Program-made: the position numbers and the translations under genes | Part shown: positions 9,335 through 18,662 of the stretch, piece after piece | Layout of the letters: every line of letters starts with the position of its first letter | Position numbering within the stretch: position 1 is the stretch's first letter | Origin: Candidatus Eiseniibacteriota bacterium | Lineage (GTDB): Bacteria; JAFGKV01 | NCBI GenBank assembly: GCA_025453925.1 | Contig: JALOPK010000004.1 | Coordinates: 1-37,174 of the forward strand | DNA: 37,174 nucleotides | Direction: 5' to 3' | Notes under the pieces: generated by a model | Database searches by the model: none | Told to the model about the DNA's origin: nothing | What the model saw: only the letters and a program-made list of their open reading frames with translations

Positions 9335-10975
9335 CTATACGGTGCGGCCCCTGTCTTGGGCGGTTTCGGGCGGGACTTTCGCGCTTTTGCTTGGGTACAG
9401 GAAGCGTTTGATCTTCTGGTTGGGGGTCTTCTCGAAGGGCTCCTTCTGGATCTGGATCTTCCCGATGCGGCTGAATGCGGCCAGGCGCGGATTGATTTCC
9501 TTTCGAATCGCCTCCAGCAGTTCACCGGCATCATCAAGCTGGTCAGCCATGGCCGCTTCGAGGGTCTCGATGGCTTCCGGTTTCAGGTGAACAAGGGCCG
9601 CCACGCCGTTCCCGTCACCGTAGACCAGGGAATCCGCCACATAGTGGTGGGCGTTGAGGAGCGACTCGATTTCCTCGGGATAGATGTTCTCGCCGGTCGC
9701 ACTCAGGATCATGGTCTTGGATCGGCCCCGAATGTAGAGATTCCCCAGTGTGTCGAAGTAGCCGAGATCGCCCGTCTTGAACCATCCGTCCGGAGTGAAG
9801 GCCTCAGCAGTCCTCACGGGATCCTTGTAGTATCCAGGCATCACATTGGGACCTTTGGCCTGAATCTCGCCCTCGTTCGTATGCGGGTCGGGATCCGCAA
9901 TCCGGAGATCGACCCCTTTCATGGCGGGGCCGGTGGACCTGAGGACGGTCTTGCTCGGGTGGCTGCCCGCCAGGAGCGGCGCTGTCTCTGTCAGACCGTA
10001 GCCGATGGCGTAGGGGAACTTGGCGTCTTTGAGAAACTGCTCGACGTCTGCCGCCAGAGCGGCTCCGCCGATGCCGAAGAACCGCAGCTTCCCGCCGAAC
10101 TTCCTCATGAGCTTCTTGCCCGCCATCCGGCAGAGAAGCTTCCGGAACAGGGGGTGCTTGTACAATGCCACCTTCTCCAGGGACGGCTTTACGCTCGCGC
10201 GATAGGTCTTCTCTATGATGATCGGGACGGTGAGCATGATGGTTGGACGAATGGCTTCCATGGCCGGAATCAAAACCGACGCCACTGGCGGCCTGTCCAG
10301 ATACCAGATGGAGGGGCCCTGCAGAATGGGGCCCAGCATGCCGATGGTGCATTCATAGGCGTGCGCCAGAGGCAGGATCGAGAGGACACGGTCGTTCCGG
10401 TGCTGCTTGATGATGGTGCGGGTGGCCCAGGCGTCCCAGACAAGGTTCTTGTGGGTCATCACGACACCTTTTGAGTTGCCCGTCGTGCCCGAGGTGTACA
10501 GGATGACCGCCAGGCTGCTCTCGCCAACGGGCGTGAACACCGACGCGGGATCCGGATCGGGGCCGCCGTGAGGCACCAACAGGTCTTCAATCGCCAGCGC
10601 CGTGGGTGATGCAGGGCCCAGCTTGGCCCTCAGTTTTTCGGACACGATGATGGCCTTCGCTTCGGAATGAGCGAGGATGTTTGCTATCTGCTCCGTTCCG
10701 AAATCAGTGAGGATCGGCACGCCAACGAAGCCGGCGGCCGTGATGCCGAAGTATGCCACGACCCATTCCGGTCGGTTCTCGGAGAGGAGGGCAATGCGGT
10801 CGCCCGCCTGGTAGCCCCTCTCCCGCAGGGTGATGGCGAGTTTGGCCGCGGCCGCCCCCAGAGCGCGATAGCTTGTGCCCTCCCCTCCCACGAAGCCCAC
10901 GGCAGGTTTGTCCCCGTAGTGGGCGGCGCTGTTGACGATGACCTCACGAAGCGTGAACGACGACAGCCTGTACAT
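9335..10975 (-). CDS. Long-chain fatty acid--CoA ligase (AMP-binding enzyme, FadD-like)
   Basis: YTSGTTGNSKG, GYGLTETAP, GPNVMPGYY, GWFKTGDLG and GENIYPEEIE motifs. GGAAGGA RBS before ATG 10975. Confidence 0.92.
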   Translation of the reverse strand: MYRLSSFTLREVIVNSAAHYGDKPAVGFVGGEGTSYRALGAAAAKLAITLRERGYQAGDRIALLSENRPEWVVAYFGITAAGFVGVPILTDFGTEQIANILAHSEAKAIIVSEKLRAKLGPASPTALAIEDLLVPHGGPDPDPASVFTPVGESSLAVILYTSGTTGNSKGVVMTHKNLVWDAWATRTIIKQHRNDRVLSILPLAHAYECTIGMLGPILQGPSIWYLDRPPVASVLIPAMEAIRPTIMLTVPIIIEKTYRASVKPSLEKVALYKHPLFRKLLCRMAGKKLMRKFGGKLRFFGIGGAALAADVEQFLKDAKFPYAIGYGLTETAPLLAGSHPSKTVLRSTGPAMKGVDLRIADPDPHTNEGEIQAKGPNVMPGYYKDPVRTAEAFTPDGWFKTGDLGYFDTLGNLYIRGRSKTMILSATGENIYPEEIESLLNAHHYVADSLVYGDGNGVAALVHLKPEAIETLEAAMADQLDDAGELLEAIRKEINPRLAAFSRIGKIQIQKEPFEKTPNQKIKRFLYPSKSAKVPPETAQDRGRTV

Positions 10976-11278
10976 TCGTGGTCCTTCCGAAAGACACTGC
11001 CCTGGTGCAGGTGTGCCACGGATGCGCCTGTTCCACTCACCACCCATACCCAGGAGTCCAGTGGAAACGAGGCAGCCCTTGTTATGCCGGTGCCGATGGG
11101 GTTTCGCTCACCGGCGGATGGAATCGGCAGCTCTGGGGGCCAGTAGTTGCAGCGAACGCTGTCCTTGTCAAGATCACGAGGTTCGAGGGGGCCGTCCTGC
11201 GTCAGGGTACTCGCAGATGGCGACGGAGCGGAGGCGGGCTGCCCGCGGGAGTTGTTCGGGTATCGGTGTGTGCTGTCT

Positions 11279-11309
11279 GCTTTCCGCAGCCGGCAATCGG
11301 GCGGAAAGC
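11279..11309. other. Stable hairpin (terminator-like or part of the adjacent structured element)
   Basis: GCTTTCCGC (11279-11287) pairs with GCGGAAAGC (11301-11309), with an inner CCG/CGG stem. Confidence 0.55.
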
Positions 11310-11324
11310 CCAGGTTCCCAGGCT

Positions 11325-11479
11325 CACGGAACATCTGAACAAGGGGTTGGGTGCGACGCAACGCCGGGGACACGAGCCTAGAGCTGCGAGCCTCCCCTAG
11401 GGTGGGCCAATCTGCAGGACCGGCGGAGAACTGAACCACCAATCCTCCAAGCAAGACTCGCAGTATCACATGTTCCGTG
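11325..11479 (+). mobile_element. IR-bounded structured noncoding element; possible IS110-family noncoding-end remnant or MITE
   Basis: Terminal IR CACGGAACATcTGA / TCAcATGTTCCGTG. Internal pairings AGGGGTTGGGTG (11342-11353) with CACCAATCCT (11437-11446) and CTGCGAG (11384-11390) with CTCGCAG (11457-11463). The family assignment rests on recalled resemblance only. Confidence 0.4.
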
Positions 11480-11619
11480 TCGGCCGTGAACTTCCCCGGA
11501 GGCCCGGGTTCACCCTCATCCCGCGTCCAGCCGCCAGGGATCCGCATGTGCTCGCGCGGTTTGCGGACGCCGGTCGGCGGTGTCTCCCGTTCCTCTCCGG
11601 CAGTGTGCGAGATGGGCGG

Positions 11620-11730
11620 CTACGCGGACTTCTTCGTCTGCTTCTCCTGCACCTTCTTGGTCTGCTTGTCGTGCTTCACGGCCTTCTGCTTCAGCCCCTT
11701 GTCTTTGTCCTTCTTGCCTTTGTCGCCCAC
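11620..11730 (-). CDS. 36-aa lysine-rich small protein (MGDKGKKDKDKGLKQKAVKHDKQTKKVQEKQTKKSA)
   Basis: Purine-rich RBS GGAGAGGAAGG before GTG 11730, AAG-dominated coding-like codon use and 14 Lys in 36 residues. Confidence 0.7.
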   Translation of the reverse strand: MGDKGKKDKDKGLKQKAVKHDKQTKKVQEKQTKKSA

Positions 11731-11879
11731 AGCAACCTTCCTCTCCGATTGGGCCTCGTCGCGTCCCCACGTCAGTGGGGGCTTCTCTACACGTTCACGC
11801 CAGCTGCGCTCGAACCACTTCCGCCTGGGGGAAATCGAGCCTCGCGCCTCGACGTAAGAACGCCGGATGGCGGCATTTC

Positions 11880-12065
11880 GCATCAAAAAACGTGCGGAAA
11901 GCGGAAAAAGCCGGCGGCGGCCTCCAGAAGGAAGGCGGGAGCCACCCCAACATCAAGCACTGGATGTTCCGTGAAGCAGCGCGCGGCGTCCCGAAACGCA
12001 TCGATGAGAACCCGCAGCAGGGCGGGTGGCCCGACCTGTTCGAGAGGACGTGGATCCGCCGACCG
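11880..12065 (+). pseudogene. Possible orphan gene fragment of unknown family
   Basis: Stretch GGGLQKEGGSHPNIKHWMFREAARGVPKRIDENPQQGGWPDLFERTWIR with strongly G/C-ending codons but no start/RBS and no nearby stop. Confidence 0.3.
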
Positions 12066-12209
12066 ATCGCTATCGTAATCACCACCGCGGTCGAATCCAC
12101 GGATAGTGTGTCAGCCCCGGCAACGACAGCGACCCCGAACCCTGAGCGAAGTTCGCCCTGTCACCCGTGCACGGGAATCACCCCGCGTCGCCCCCGGAGG
12201 GGAGCGGGC

Positions 12210-13379
12210 TCAGAAGTTCATGGCGAACAGCCTGCGGAGGAAGGCCGCCGCCGCCGCGGCAGGGCCGTTCCCGCCGGTGAGCGACGCCACGGTCTCAGCA
12301 ATCGCCCCCGCGGCGATGAACAGCATGGCCAGCAACTTCCCGACATCCTGCCCCTTGAGACTCCCCAGCATCCGCGGTTCCTGCGACAGGTAGGCACTGG
12401 CGGCGAACAACTCCTCCCCGATCAGGGTGTAATCGCAGGCGGCCACGAAAAACGGAAGTTGGGCCGGCATGGCCGTGCCCGAGACCTGAATCGCGCCGAT
12501 GGAGTTCCCGGTCTCGGCGAGGACGAGGCTCTCCGCGAAGAACGCGCCCAGATAGAAGGTCGCGGCAGGACGCTCCCGCACCATGATCCCGTCCACGGCG
12601 GCAACGTATCCGAACTGCGCATCGGTAACGTAGTGGACGCTGTCCTCACGGTAGGCGTCGGGCCTGCCGGCCGCCAGGTAGGCCTCTTTCACGGTCTCCC
12701 GGGCGGCACTCATGACCAGCGACCGCGAGACCGGAACGTCCAAGGGAGTATCGTACTCCGCCGTGGTGCGCGCGATGGTCTGGAGAATGGAAAGCCCTGC
12801 CAGGGTCTGCACGTCGTCCATGTCGTTGATGCCCGGGACGAAGAGCACTGCCCGGCCCATCTCGGTCGCCCGACCGACCGCCTCCTCGATCGCCTCCAGC
12901 CCGGCGATCCTGCGTATGAACAGGCGCCGTCCTCGTTTGGCCCTCTCGATGTAGATGATCACGGCAAACGACAACAGCAAGGTGATCACCAGCAAATTCG
13001 CCTTGGCCTGATTGAACCACTGAACCCGCGAGGCAACGGGTGGGGTGGGAATGCTGGGAATCCGACGGCCGATTCCATCGACCAGGACGATCCGGTACTG
13101 CGACGGAACGCCATTGGGCAGATGGTCGATCACGGCGGAGGAGGCGAAAGCCGGAAGCGAATCAACCACGACGAATTGGCCCGGAGAGGTCGCCCTCTGC
13201 ACAAGCTGCCAACGGATTCGCGCCGCGTCTTCCGCCCTGACCTGCCAGGTGAGCGAAATCGCCCCGCCTTTGTCGTTCGGCACATCGGCGGCAACCAGAG
13301 CCCCGACGGGGTGGGGTGGCGAATGGCCCCCCGGATCAGCCGTCAGCAGGCAGGTCAGAAGCCAGGCCGTCAGGGCCAA
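12210..13379 (-). CDS. DUF6754-type membrane protein with an N-terminal FN3-like domain
   Basis: Signal peptide, AADVPNDKGGAISLTW FN3-like start, a TM helix, then FIRRIAGLEAIEEAVGRATEMGR...AESLVLAETGNSIGAIQ...QLPFFVAACDYTLIGEELFAASAYLS, recognised as DUF6754-like. Confidence 0.8.
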   Translation of the reverse strand: MALTAWLLTCLLTADPGGHSPPHPVGALVAADVPNDKGGAISLTWQVRAEDAARIRWQLVQRATSPGQFVVVDSLPAFASSAVIDHLPNGVPSQYRIVLVDGIGRRIPSIPTPPVASRVQWFNQAKANLLVITLLLSFAVIIYIERAKRGRRLFIRRIAGLEAIEEAVGRATEMGRAVLFVPGINDMDDVQTLAGLSILQTIARTTAEYDTPLDVPVSRSLVMSAARETVKEAYLAAGRPDAYREDSVHYVTDAQFGYVAAVDGIMVRERPAATFYLGAFFAESLVLAETGNSIGAIQVSGTAMPAQLPFFVAACDYTLIGEELFAASAYLSQEPRMLGSLKGQDVGKLLAMLFIAAGAIAETVASLTGGNGPAAAAAAFLRRLFAMNF

Positions 13380-13595
13380 GGGACGCCCTCAGGAAGGCGC
13401 TGATCTCTCATGAGGGTCACTCTCCGTGCGGCATGCACGCATTCTCCTCCAGATCGTGGGCGGGAGCACCCTGAAGCCGGCAGGGCTGCACGACGCGAGG
13501 TGGATCGATACCGCGCGGCTGCCAGACCGATCGAACCACATGGCCTATCGGCACGCGGAGACGGCCAAATGCCGTCACGTGCCTGACCATGACTA

Positions 13596-15350
13596 CTATG
13601 GGGCCGCACCGGTGGTGTCAAGGGAATCGCCCGCTCCCTTGGCGTCATACAGGGCGCTCCTCCACGCAGGCGGTATCTCGCCAGGGATCGACTTCCAACG
13701 CTTCCTCTCCCGCTCTTCCCCGACCGGTTCACGCCCCGTCTCGTCCGCCAGGAGCCCGGCTTCGCGCACAAGCCAACGCCATGATGTCCCCAAGCCCCGT
13801 GCGATCTCCAGCGCGTTCAGCGCCACGTCATGAGCCTCGCCCCGTCGTCCCTCGTTGGCCAACCGCCACCCTTCGACCACCTGGTCCGCCGCATGGCGTC
13901 CCTGGACCTCTTCGCCTTCTCTCCCTGCAGCCCCCACCACCACGCCTCTCCCCGCCAACACGGCGCGGAGGCTGTCTGGATTCAGCGTGGTGCCGAGGAT
14001 CAGGTATGTCCCGTCAGGCATGCGGACCGAGATCTTCTCCCATGCGGCCGAAGCGTCGCGGCGCACCTCGGGCTGTCCCACCAGCCAGACCACCCTCCGG
14101 CGGGCAAGATACTCATAGGGCGCCACGCGCTCGTGGCCTGCCGCGGCACTCGAGGGGACGCCGTGACGGGCGACCCAGCGGTCGGTGAGCCCCAGCATAT
14201 CCACGGCGGGCAGCCGGGAGAAGAACGGAATGGCCCCTGCGGGCCCCACGGCGATCAGGTCGTCCGGATCGGCCATGGCGCCAAGGAACTCCCCCACTCG
14301 GGACCACCCGGAGGCGCTGGCGGCCAGTTCGTCGATGCTTTCGATCATGTAGGGCGACGAAGCCTGACGGTAGCCGACCATCGTGGGCAACCATGTGCCG
14401 GCGACCGATCCCAGCGCCAGAACCACGGCCATCCCGCGCCGCAGCCGGGGCAGCAGACCCGCCATCAGCGCCAGGGAGAGCACGATGACGGGGACCATCA
14501 TCCTGAACTCCATGAAATCGCCGCCGACGGCCACGAGGTACGCAAGGTAGACCGTCAGCGGCGTCGCCACGCGCCAATCCCTGCCCGCCAGTGCGGCCAG
14601 GGGTGCCCAGAGGGGGATACCCGGATGGGTTCGAAGGAACTCCCCGAGATAAAAGAGCCCTCGCCCCAGGTTGATGGCGCCCTTGGCATGGAAGGTATTG
14701 GGCAGCCAGTCGCCGTAGTAGCCGGCGCGGAACGACTGAAGCGGGATGAGCATGACCAACGCGATGCCGACACGCACGCCCGTCGCGCGGAAAGAGCGGC
14801 CCTTGAGGACGCCTGCCACCCAGAGCAGTCCCTCCGGGCGGGTCAAGGCCGCCAGTCCCGCGATCCAGACGGAAAGCGGGCGGTGATCTCCCTCTCTCTC
14901 CACGGCGCCCCGCCACGCCGAAGCGGTGATCAGGAAGACGAACAGGCTTGTCTCGAGACCGCTGATGCTCCACGCCCCGAGATCGTGGGACAGACAGAGG
15001 GCGGCCGGGATGAGCGCCGCCCAGAGCGGCGGGGAGACTCTCCGCGCAAATCCGTATGCCGCCACGATGGTGCCAACGCCCGCCAGGAGCCCCAGCGCGG
15101 GCGCAACGACTTCAGGGGGCGCGCCGATCATCGCGGCTGATGCCAACAGGTACACCCAGAGGGGGTTGGTGTACCCCTCGACCCGTTCGCCAGGGTTGAA
15201 CACCGGGCCGTGGCCCTCTGCCACCGACCGGGCATAGCGAAAGCTGATGAACGCGTCGTCGGTAATGAACCCCCTGGCCGACATGCGCCCTGCGAAGGCC
15301 AGACAGCAGCCTGCGAGAACGGCGATGTCGAGGGCGAGCCGACGATTCAC
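13596..15350 (-). CDS. GT-C-fold membrane glycosyltransferase-like protein with a C-terminal TPR-like segment
   Basis: TDDAFISFRYARSVAEGHGPVFNPGERVEGYTNPLW, SGLET, LTRPEG, YYGDWLPNTFHAK, GGDFM and AGAIPFFSRLPAVDMLGLTD motifs. GTG 15350 overlaps the upstream stop (GTGA). Confidence 0.85.
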   Translation of the reverse strand: MNRRLALDIAVLAGCCLAFAGRMSARGFITDDAFISFRYARSVAEGHGPVFNPGERVEGYTNPLWVYLLASAAMIGAPPEVVAPALGLLAGVGTIVAAYGFARRVSPPLWAALIPAALCLSHDLGAWSISGLETSLFVFLITASAWRGAVEREGDHRPLSVWIAGLAALTRPEGLLWVAGVLKGRSFRATGVRVGIALVMLIPLQSFRAGYYGDWLPNTFHAKGAINLGRGLFYLGEFLRTHPGIPLWAPLAALAGRDWRVATPLTVYLAYLVAVGGDFMEFRMMVPVIVLSLALMAGLLPRLRRGMAVVLALGSVAGTWLPTMVGYRQASSPYMIESIDELAASASGWSRVGEFLGAMADPDDLIAVGPAGAIPFFSRLPAVDMLGLTDRWVARHGVPSSAAAGHERVAPYEYLARRRVVWLVGQPEVRRDASAAWEKISVRMPDGTYLILGTTLNPDSLRAVLAGRGVVVGAAGREGEEVQGRHAADQVVEGWRLANEGRRGEAHDVALNALEIARGLGTSWRWLVREAGLLADETGREPVGEERERKRWKSIPGEIPPAWRSALYDAKGAGDSLDTTGAAP

Positions 15351-17008
15351 GGGAGGACGAGGAGTGTATCGTTCGGTGGCGAGTGGTAGATCCAGACGCC
15401 CCCGCTCTGGTGGGCAAGGCGGGGCGAGAGCCGCTCTCGCACCGCGAGCCACTGACTCCCACAGGAGTCCTGCGTGGTGCGGCATACGGCGTGAAGTGTG
15501 CTTTCGCCGAGTTCGAGGACCCGATAGGTTCGACCGCCGCCGCCGCGTGGGAGGAGATAGTCCCAGACGTACCGCTCTCCGGTCACGACCAGGTCATCCC
15601 GGCCGGCGCATCCTGCCGCGAGCAGCCATTTCGCCGCTTCGGCCCGGTGCCGGTAGCCCACGCCGTAGGCCGGCGTGCCTCCCAGCGATTCGAGATCCCG
15701 GGCACGGTCGACGAGCAGCGCCAGGTTGACCAGGCATGCGGCGGCCAGGGCGATCCGGCCGATCCGCGCGACACCGCCGATGCCGGACACCGCGCGTGCC
15801 GCAATGAGTGCCGGCAGCGGGAAGAAGACGAGGTAGAAATGGTAGGAGTCGCTCACACCCCGCAACCGGGTGCAGACAAGCATGGGGAGCGTCAATAGCA
15901 ACAGGACAGACGCCGCGCGGTCGCCGCGGACGGCATCGGCAGCCAGAAGGGAAAACCCGCCAAGCACCAGCACCAGAAGCATCAACGAGACCGCCGTGTC
16001 CGCCCAGAATCGCACTCGCATGCCGGGAGGATCGGCGCCGTGCAGACGCACCCTCTCCGGCAGGTCTTGAAGGCGGAACGATCGCGTGATGTTCTGAACT
16101 GGCCCCTTCCAGTACATCGCCAATGCGCCGTTCTGCCGGAGCGCGGGCGAATCCGCGGCCAAGCGTGCCGCCGCGGAACGATCCAGGAAGTCGTCTCCGT
16201 AGTTGCATGTGGACAGGGGCGGGAGATACGGAAGCGGCCAGCAGATCGGGGCAGGGAGCCCCTGATTCTCCTGGGCTGGCTCTCCCGGGGTGACGACTCG
16301 CTGAAGCACCTCGGCCAGCCGCCTTGTGCGAAGCCAGTCGCGGGACGCATCATTGACGAAGAATGGCGCCAGCGGCGCGGCGAGGAGAACAAGCCCCAGG
16401 AGCAGTGCCTTCGGGCGTTTGCGACCGACGGCCACGGCAACCGCGGCCAGCGGAAGCAACGCCAGGCCGGAGAGATGCAACTGAAGGGCGATCCCGGCCA
16501 TCGCCAGTGAAATCAGCAGACCGAAGCGCGAGGCCCGCAAGAGCCACAGGCTCAAGGAAAGGAAGAACGCCACGGAGAAGACGGGCAGTAGATCGGGATT
16601 CCAGATCCGTCGGCCTGCGAGCACCCAGACGGGCGACGTTGCGGCGAGAAGCGAAGCAAGGAATGACGCCGAGGGCCTCATGAACAACCGGGCAAGGAAG
16701 AATGTCGCCACAGCGGCCAGGGTGCTCAGACCGGCGGTGAGGAGCAAACCGCTCAAGGGCCGGGGATGCAACTCGTACGCACCCGCGAGCAGGAGGTAGT
16801 AGAGCCCGCCCGGAAGCCGGGCTCCTTCACCGGTGGTGATCGCCGCATCTGGGCCGAGCCACCAGGGCTCGCGCCCGAGCGCCACGTTCCTCGCCCGGGC
16901 CCAGTCGCGAATGTCGTCCGGATCCCCGAAGGGCGCCTGATCGATCTTCCAGATTCTCACTCCTCCTGCGACCAACGCGAGGAGCAGGAGGATCGCCACG
17001 TGTCGCAT
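15347..17008 (-). CDS. ArnT/PMT-like (GT-C) membrane glycosyltransferase
   Basis: GGAGGT RBS, TM1 followed by DPDDIRDW, PWWLGP...LPGGLYYLL, RIWNPDLLP and ALQLHLSG, with multiple TM segments. Confidence 0.8.
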   Translation of the reverse strand: MRHVAILLLLALVAGGVRIWKIDQAPFGDPDDIRDWARARNVALGREPWWLGPDAAITTGEGARLPGGLYYLLLAGAYELHPRPLSGLLLTAGLSTLAAVATFFLARLFMRPSASFLASLLAATSPVWVLAGRRIWNPDLLPVFSVAFFLSLSLWLLRASRFGLLISLAMAGIALQLHLSGLALLPLAAVAVAVGRKRPKALLLGLVLLAAPLAPFFVNDASRDWLRTRRLAEVLQRVVTPGEPAQENQGLPAPICWPLPYLPPLSTCNYGDDFLDRSAAARLAADSPALRQNGALAMYWKGPVQNITRSFRLQDLPERVRLHGADPPGMRVRFWADTAVSLMLLVLVLGGFSLLAADAVRGDRAASVLLLLTLPMLVCTRLRGVSDSYHFYLVFFPLPALIAARAVSGIGGVARIGRIALAAACLVNLALLVDRARDLESLGGTPAYGVGYRHRAEAAKWLLAAGCAGRDDLVVTGERYVWDYLLPRGGGGRTYRVLELGESTLHAVCRTTQDSCGSQWLAVRERLSPRLAHQSGGVWIYHSPPNDTLLVLP

Positions 17009-17168
17009 GCACTACCTCCATCGCCGCCGCGAAGCGGAGAAGTAGAGCCACACGGAAGGGTAAGGCAAATGAAGCCGATTGACAGGGACGGCCGTGCCCG
17101 AGATGTTCACACGGCTCGATTCGTCGACATACCACCGGCTCACCATGCCCTCACTACGAGGTGAAACA

Positions 17169-18662
17169 ATGCGCATCACTCTCTCGTCGTCACCCTTCAC
17201 TAGCCTCCAGGCCGGTGACACGCTGGCCCTCCTGTGCACCCCCGAGACCGTGGCCGGCGATGCGGCGTTTCTCGAGCTCGACCGCGCCCGCGGCGGAGCG
17301 CTGTCCACGGCGATGGCGGAGGAAGGGTTCAAGGCCGCCTGGAAGAAGACCTCTCTCCACCGACCCGGAGCACCGGGCCCCGGCCGGCTGGTCTTCATCG
17401 GCATCGATGAGCCTCCACTGCCGCTGAGGCTGGCGCTCAAGCAGGCGGCCGGGCTCGCGGTCGGACGCGCGCAGGACCTCAAGGCGACGCGCCTCACCAT
17501 CGCCCTGCTGGGGTCGCTCCCCGGAGACCTGAGCCGTGCGACGACCACCCGGCTCCTGGTCGAAGGCGCCCTGCTTGCAGCCCATCAGCGTCTGTCCTAC
17601 AAGCACCGCGAGAATGATAGCCCGACGTTGGTCGAGCTGGTGATCTGCTGGCCCGGCCAGGACACATTGGCGCTTCGCGACGCTGCGGCCAGGGGCGAGC
17701 TGGTCGCCAACGCCGCCAATACCACCAGGGATCTCGTGAACGAACCGGCCGGAACTCTCACGCCCGAGGTGTTCGCCGGCAAGGTGGCGAACCTGGCCGG
17801 GTCGTCACTCTCGGTGGAAACACGGGATCTACGCTGGCTGCAGGACAAGGGCATGGGCGGCATCATCGGCGTCGGCAGGGGAAGCGCCAATGAGCCGCGT
17901 CTAGTCGAAGTCGGCTACCGCCTCGGGGAAGGGGGAAACGACACGCTGCTTCTGGTCGGCAAGGGCGTGACCTTCGACTCAGGCGGCATCAGCCTGAAGC
18001 CGGCCGACAGCATGAAGACGATGAAGGACGACATGGCCGGTGCGGGGGCTCTGGCGGGCCTGGTGAGCGTATTGGACCAGCTCCGTCCCGAGAGGCCGGT
18101 CAGAGTTCTCCTGCCGTTGGTGGAGAACATGCCGGATGGCCGCGCCATCAAGGTAGGCGACGTGCTCCACATGTACGGCGGCAAGAGTGTGGAAGTGCTG
18201 AACACCGATGCGGAGGGCCGCCTGATCCTGGCGGATGCGCTGGCCTACGGCGAGGAAGCGGCTCCCGCGGCCATCATCGACATGGCGACTTTGACGGGCG
18301 CATCGGTGGTGGCGCTAGGCCTGCTGTGCGCCGCTGTCATGGGAAATCGGCCGGAGCTGGTGCGCGATGTGCTTTCCGCGGGGGAACGGGCTGGTGAAAT
18401 CATGTGGCAACTCCCGCTGATCGACGCGTACAAGAAGATGCTGGAAAGTAAGATCGCCGATCTCAAGAATGTGGGAGATCGGTGGGGCGGCGCGATCACC
18501 GCAGGCATTTTCCTGCGCGAGTTCGTGGGCGGAAAACCGTGGGTGCACATCGATCTTGCGGGGCCTTCGTGGTCAGAGAAGGACGAGCCTGCCTTCCCCG
18601 AGGGAGGCTCAGGTTTCGGCGTCGCTTCGATCATCGAACTCCTCTCACCGATGGCGGGCTGA
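17169..18662 (+). CDS. pepA: Cytosol leucyl aminopeptidase (M17)
   Basis: GAGGTG RBS and ATG 17169. RDLVNEP, VGKGVTFDSGG, MKDDMAG, VEVLNTDAEGRLILADAL, DMATLTGA and WVHIDLAG motifs. Confidence 0.96.
   Translation: MRITLSSSPFTSLQAGDTLALLCTPETVAGDAAFLELDRARGGALSTAMAEEGFKAAWKKTSLHRPGAPGPGRLVFIGIDEPPLPLRLALKQAAGLAVGRAQDLKATRLTIALLGSLPGDLSRATTTRLLVEGALLAAHQRLSYKHRENDSPTLVELVICWPGQDTLALRDAAARGELVANAANTTRDLVNEPAGTLTPEVFAGKVANLAGSSLSVETRDLRWLQDKGMGGIIGVGRGSANEPRLVEVGYRLGEGGNDTLLLVGKGVTFDSGGISLKPADSMKTMKDDMAGAGALAGLVSVLDQLRPERPVRVLLPLVENMPDGRAIKVGDVLHMYGGKSVEVLNTDAEGRLILADALAYGEEAAPAAIIDMATLTGASVVALGLLCAAVMGNRPELVRDVLSAGERAGEIMWQLPLIDAYKKMLESKIADLKNVGDRWGGAITAGIFLREFVGGKPWVHIDLAGPSWSEKDEPAFPEGGSGFGVASIIELLSPMAG

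Noticed and set aside
11325-11479. 6S RNA, tRNA or a known riboswitch
   Set aside because: No cloverleaf or recognisable aptamer consensus. The crossing pairings and gene context do not fit the 6S rod with a central bubble. Not fully excluded without cmscan.
11580-13403. 607-aa + strand ORF and other long antisense ORFs (e.g. 138..1130, 8052..9590, 9332..10474, 13830..15140, 22625..23803, 26813..28135, 28215..29384)
   Set aside because: These are shadow frames of well-supported genes in GC-rich DNA, Arg/Pro/Gly-rich and without motifs.
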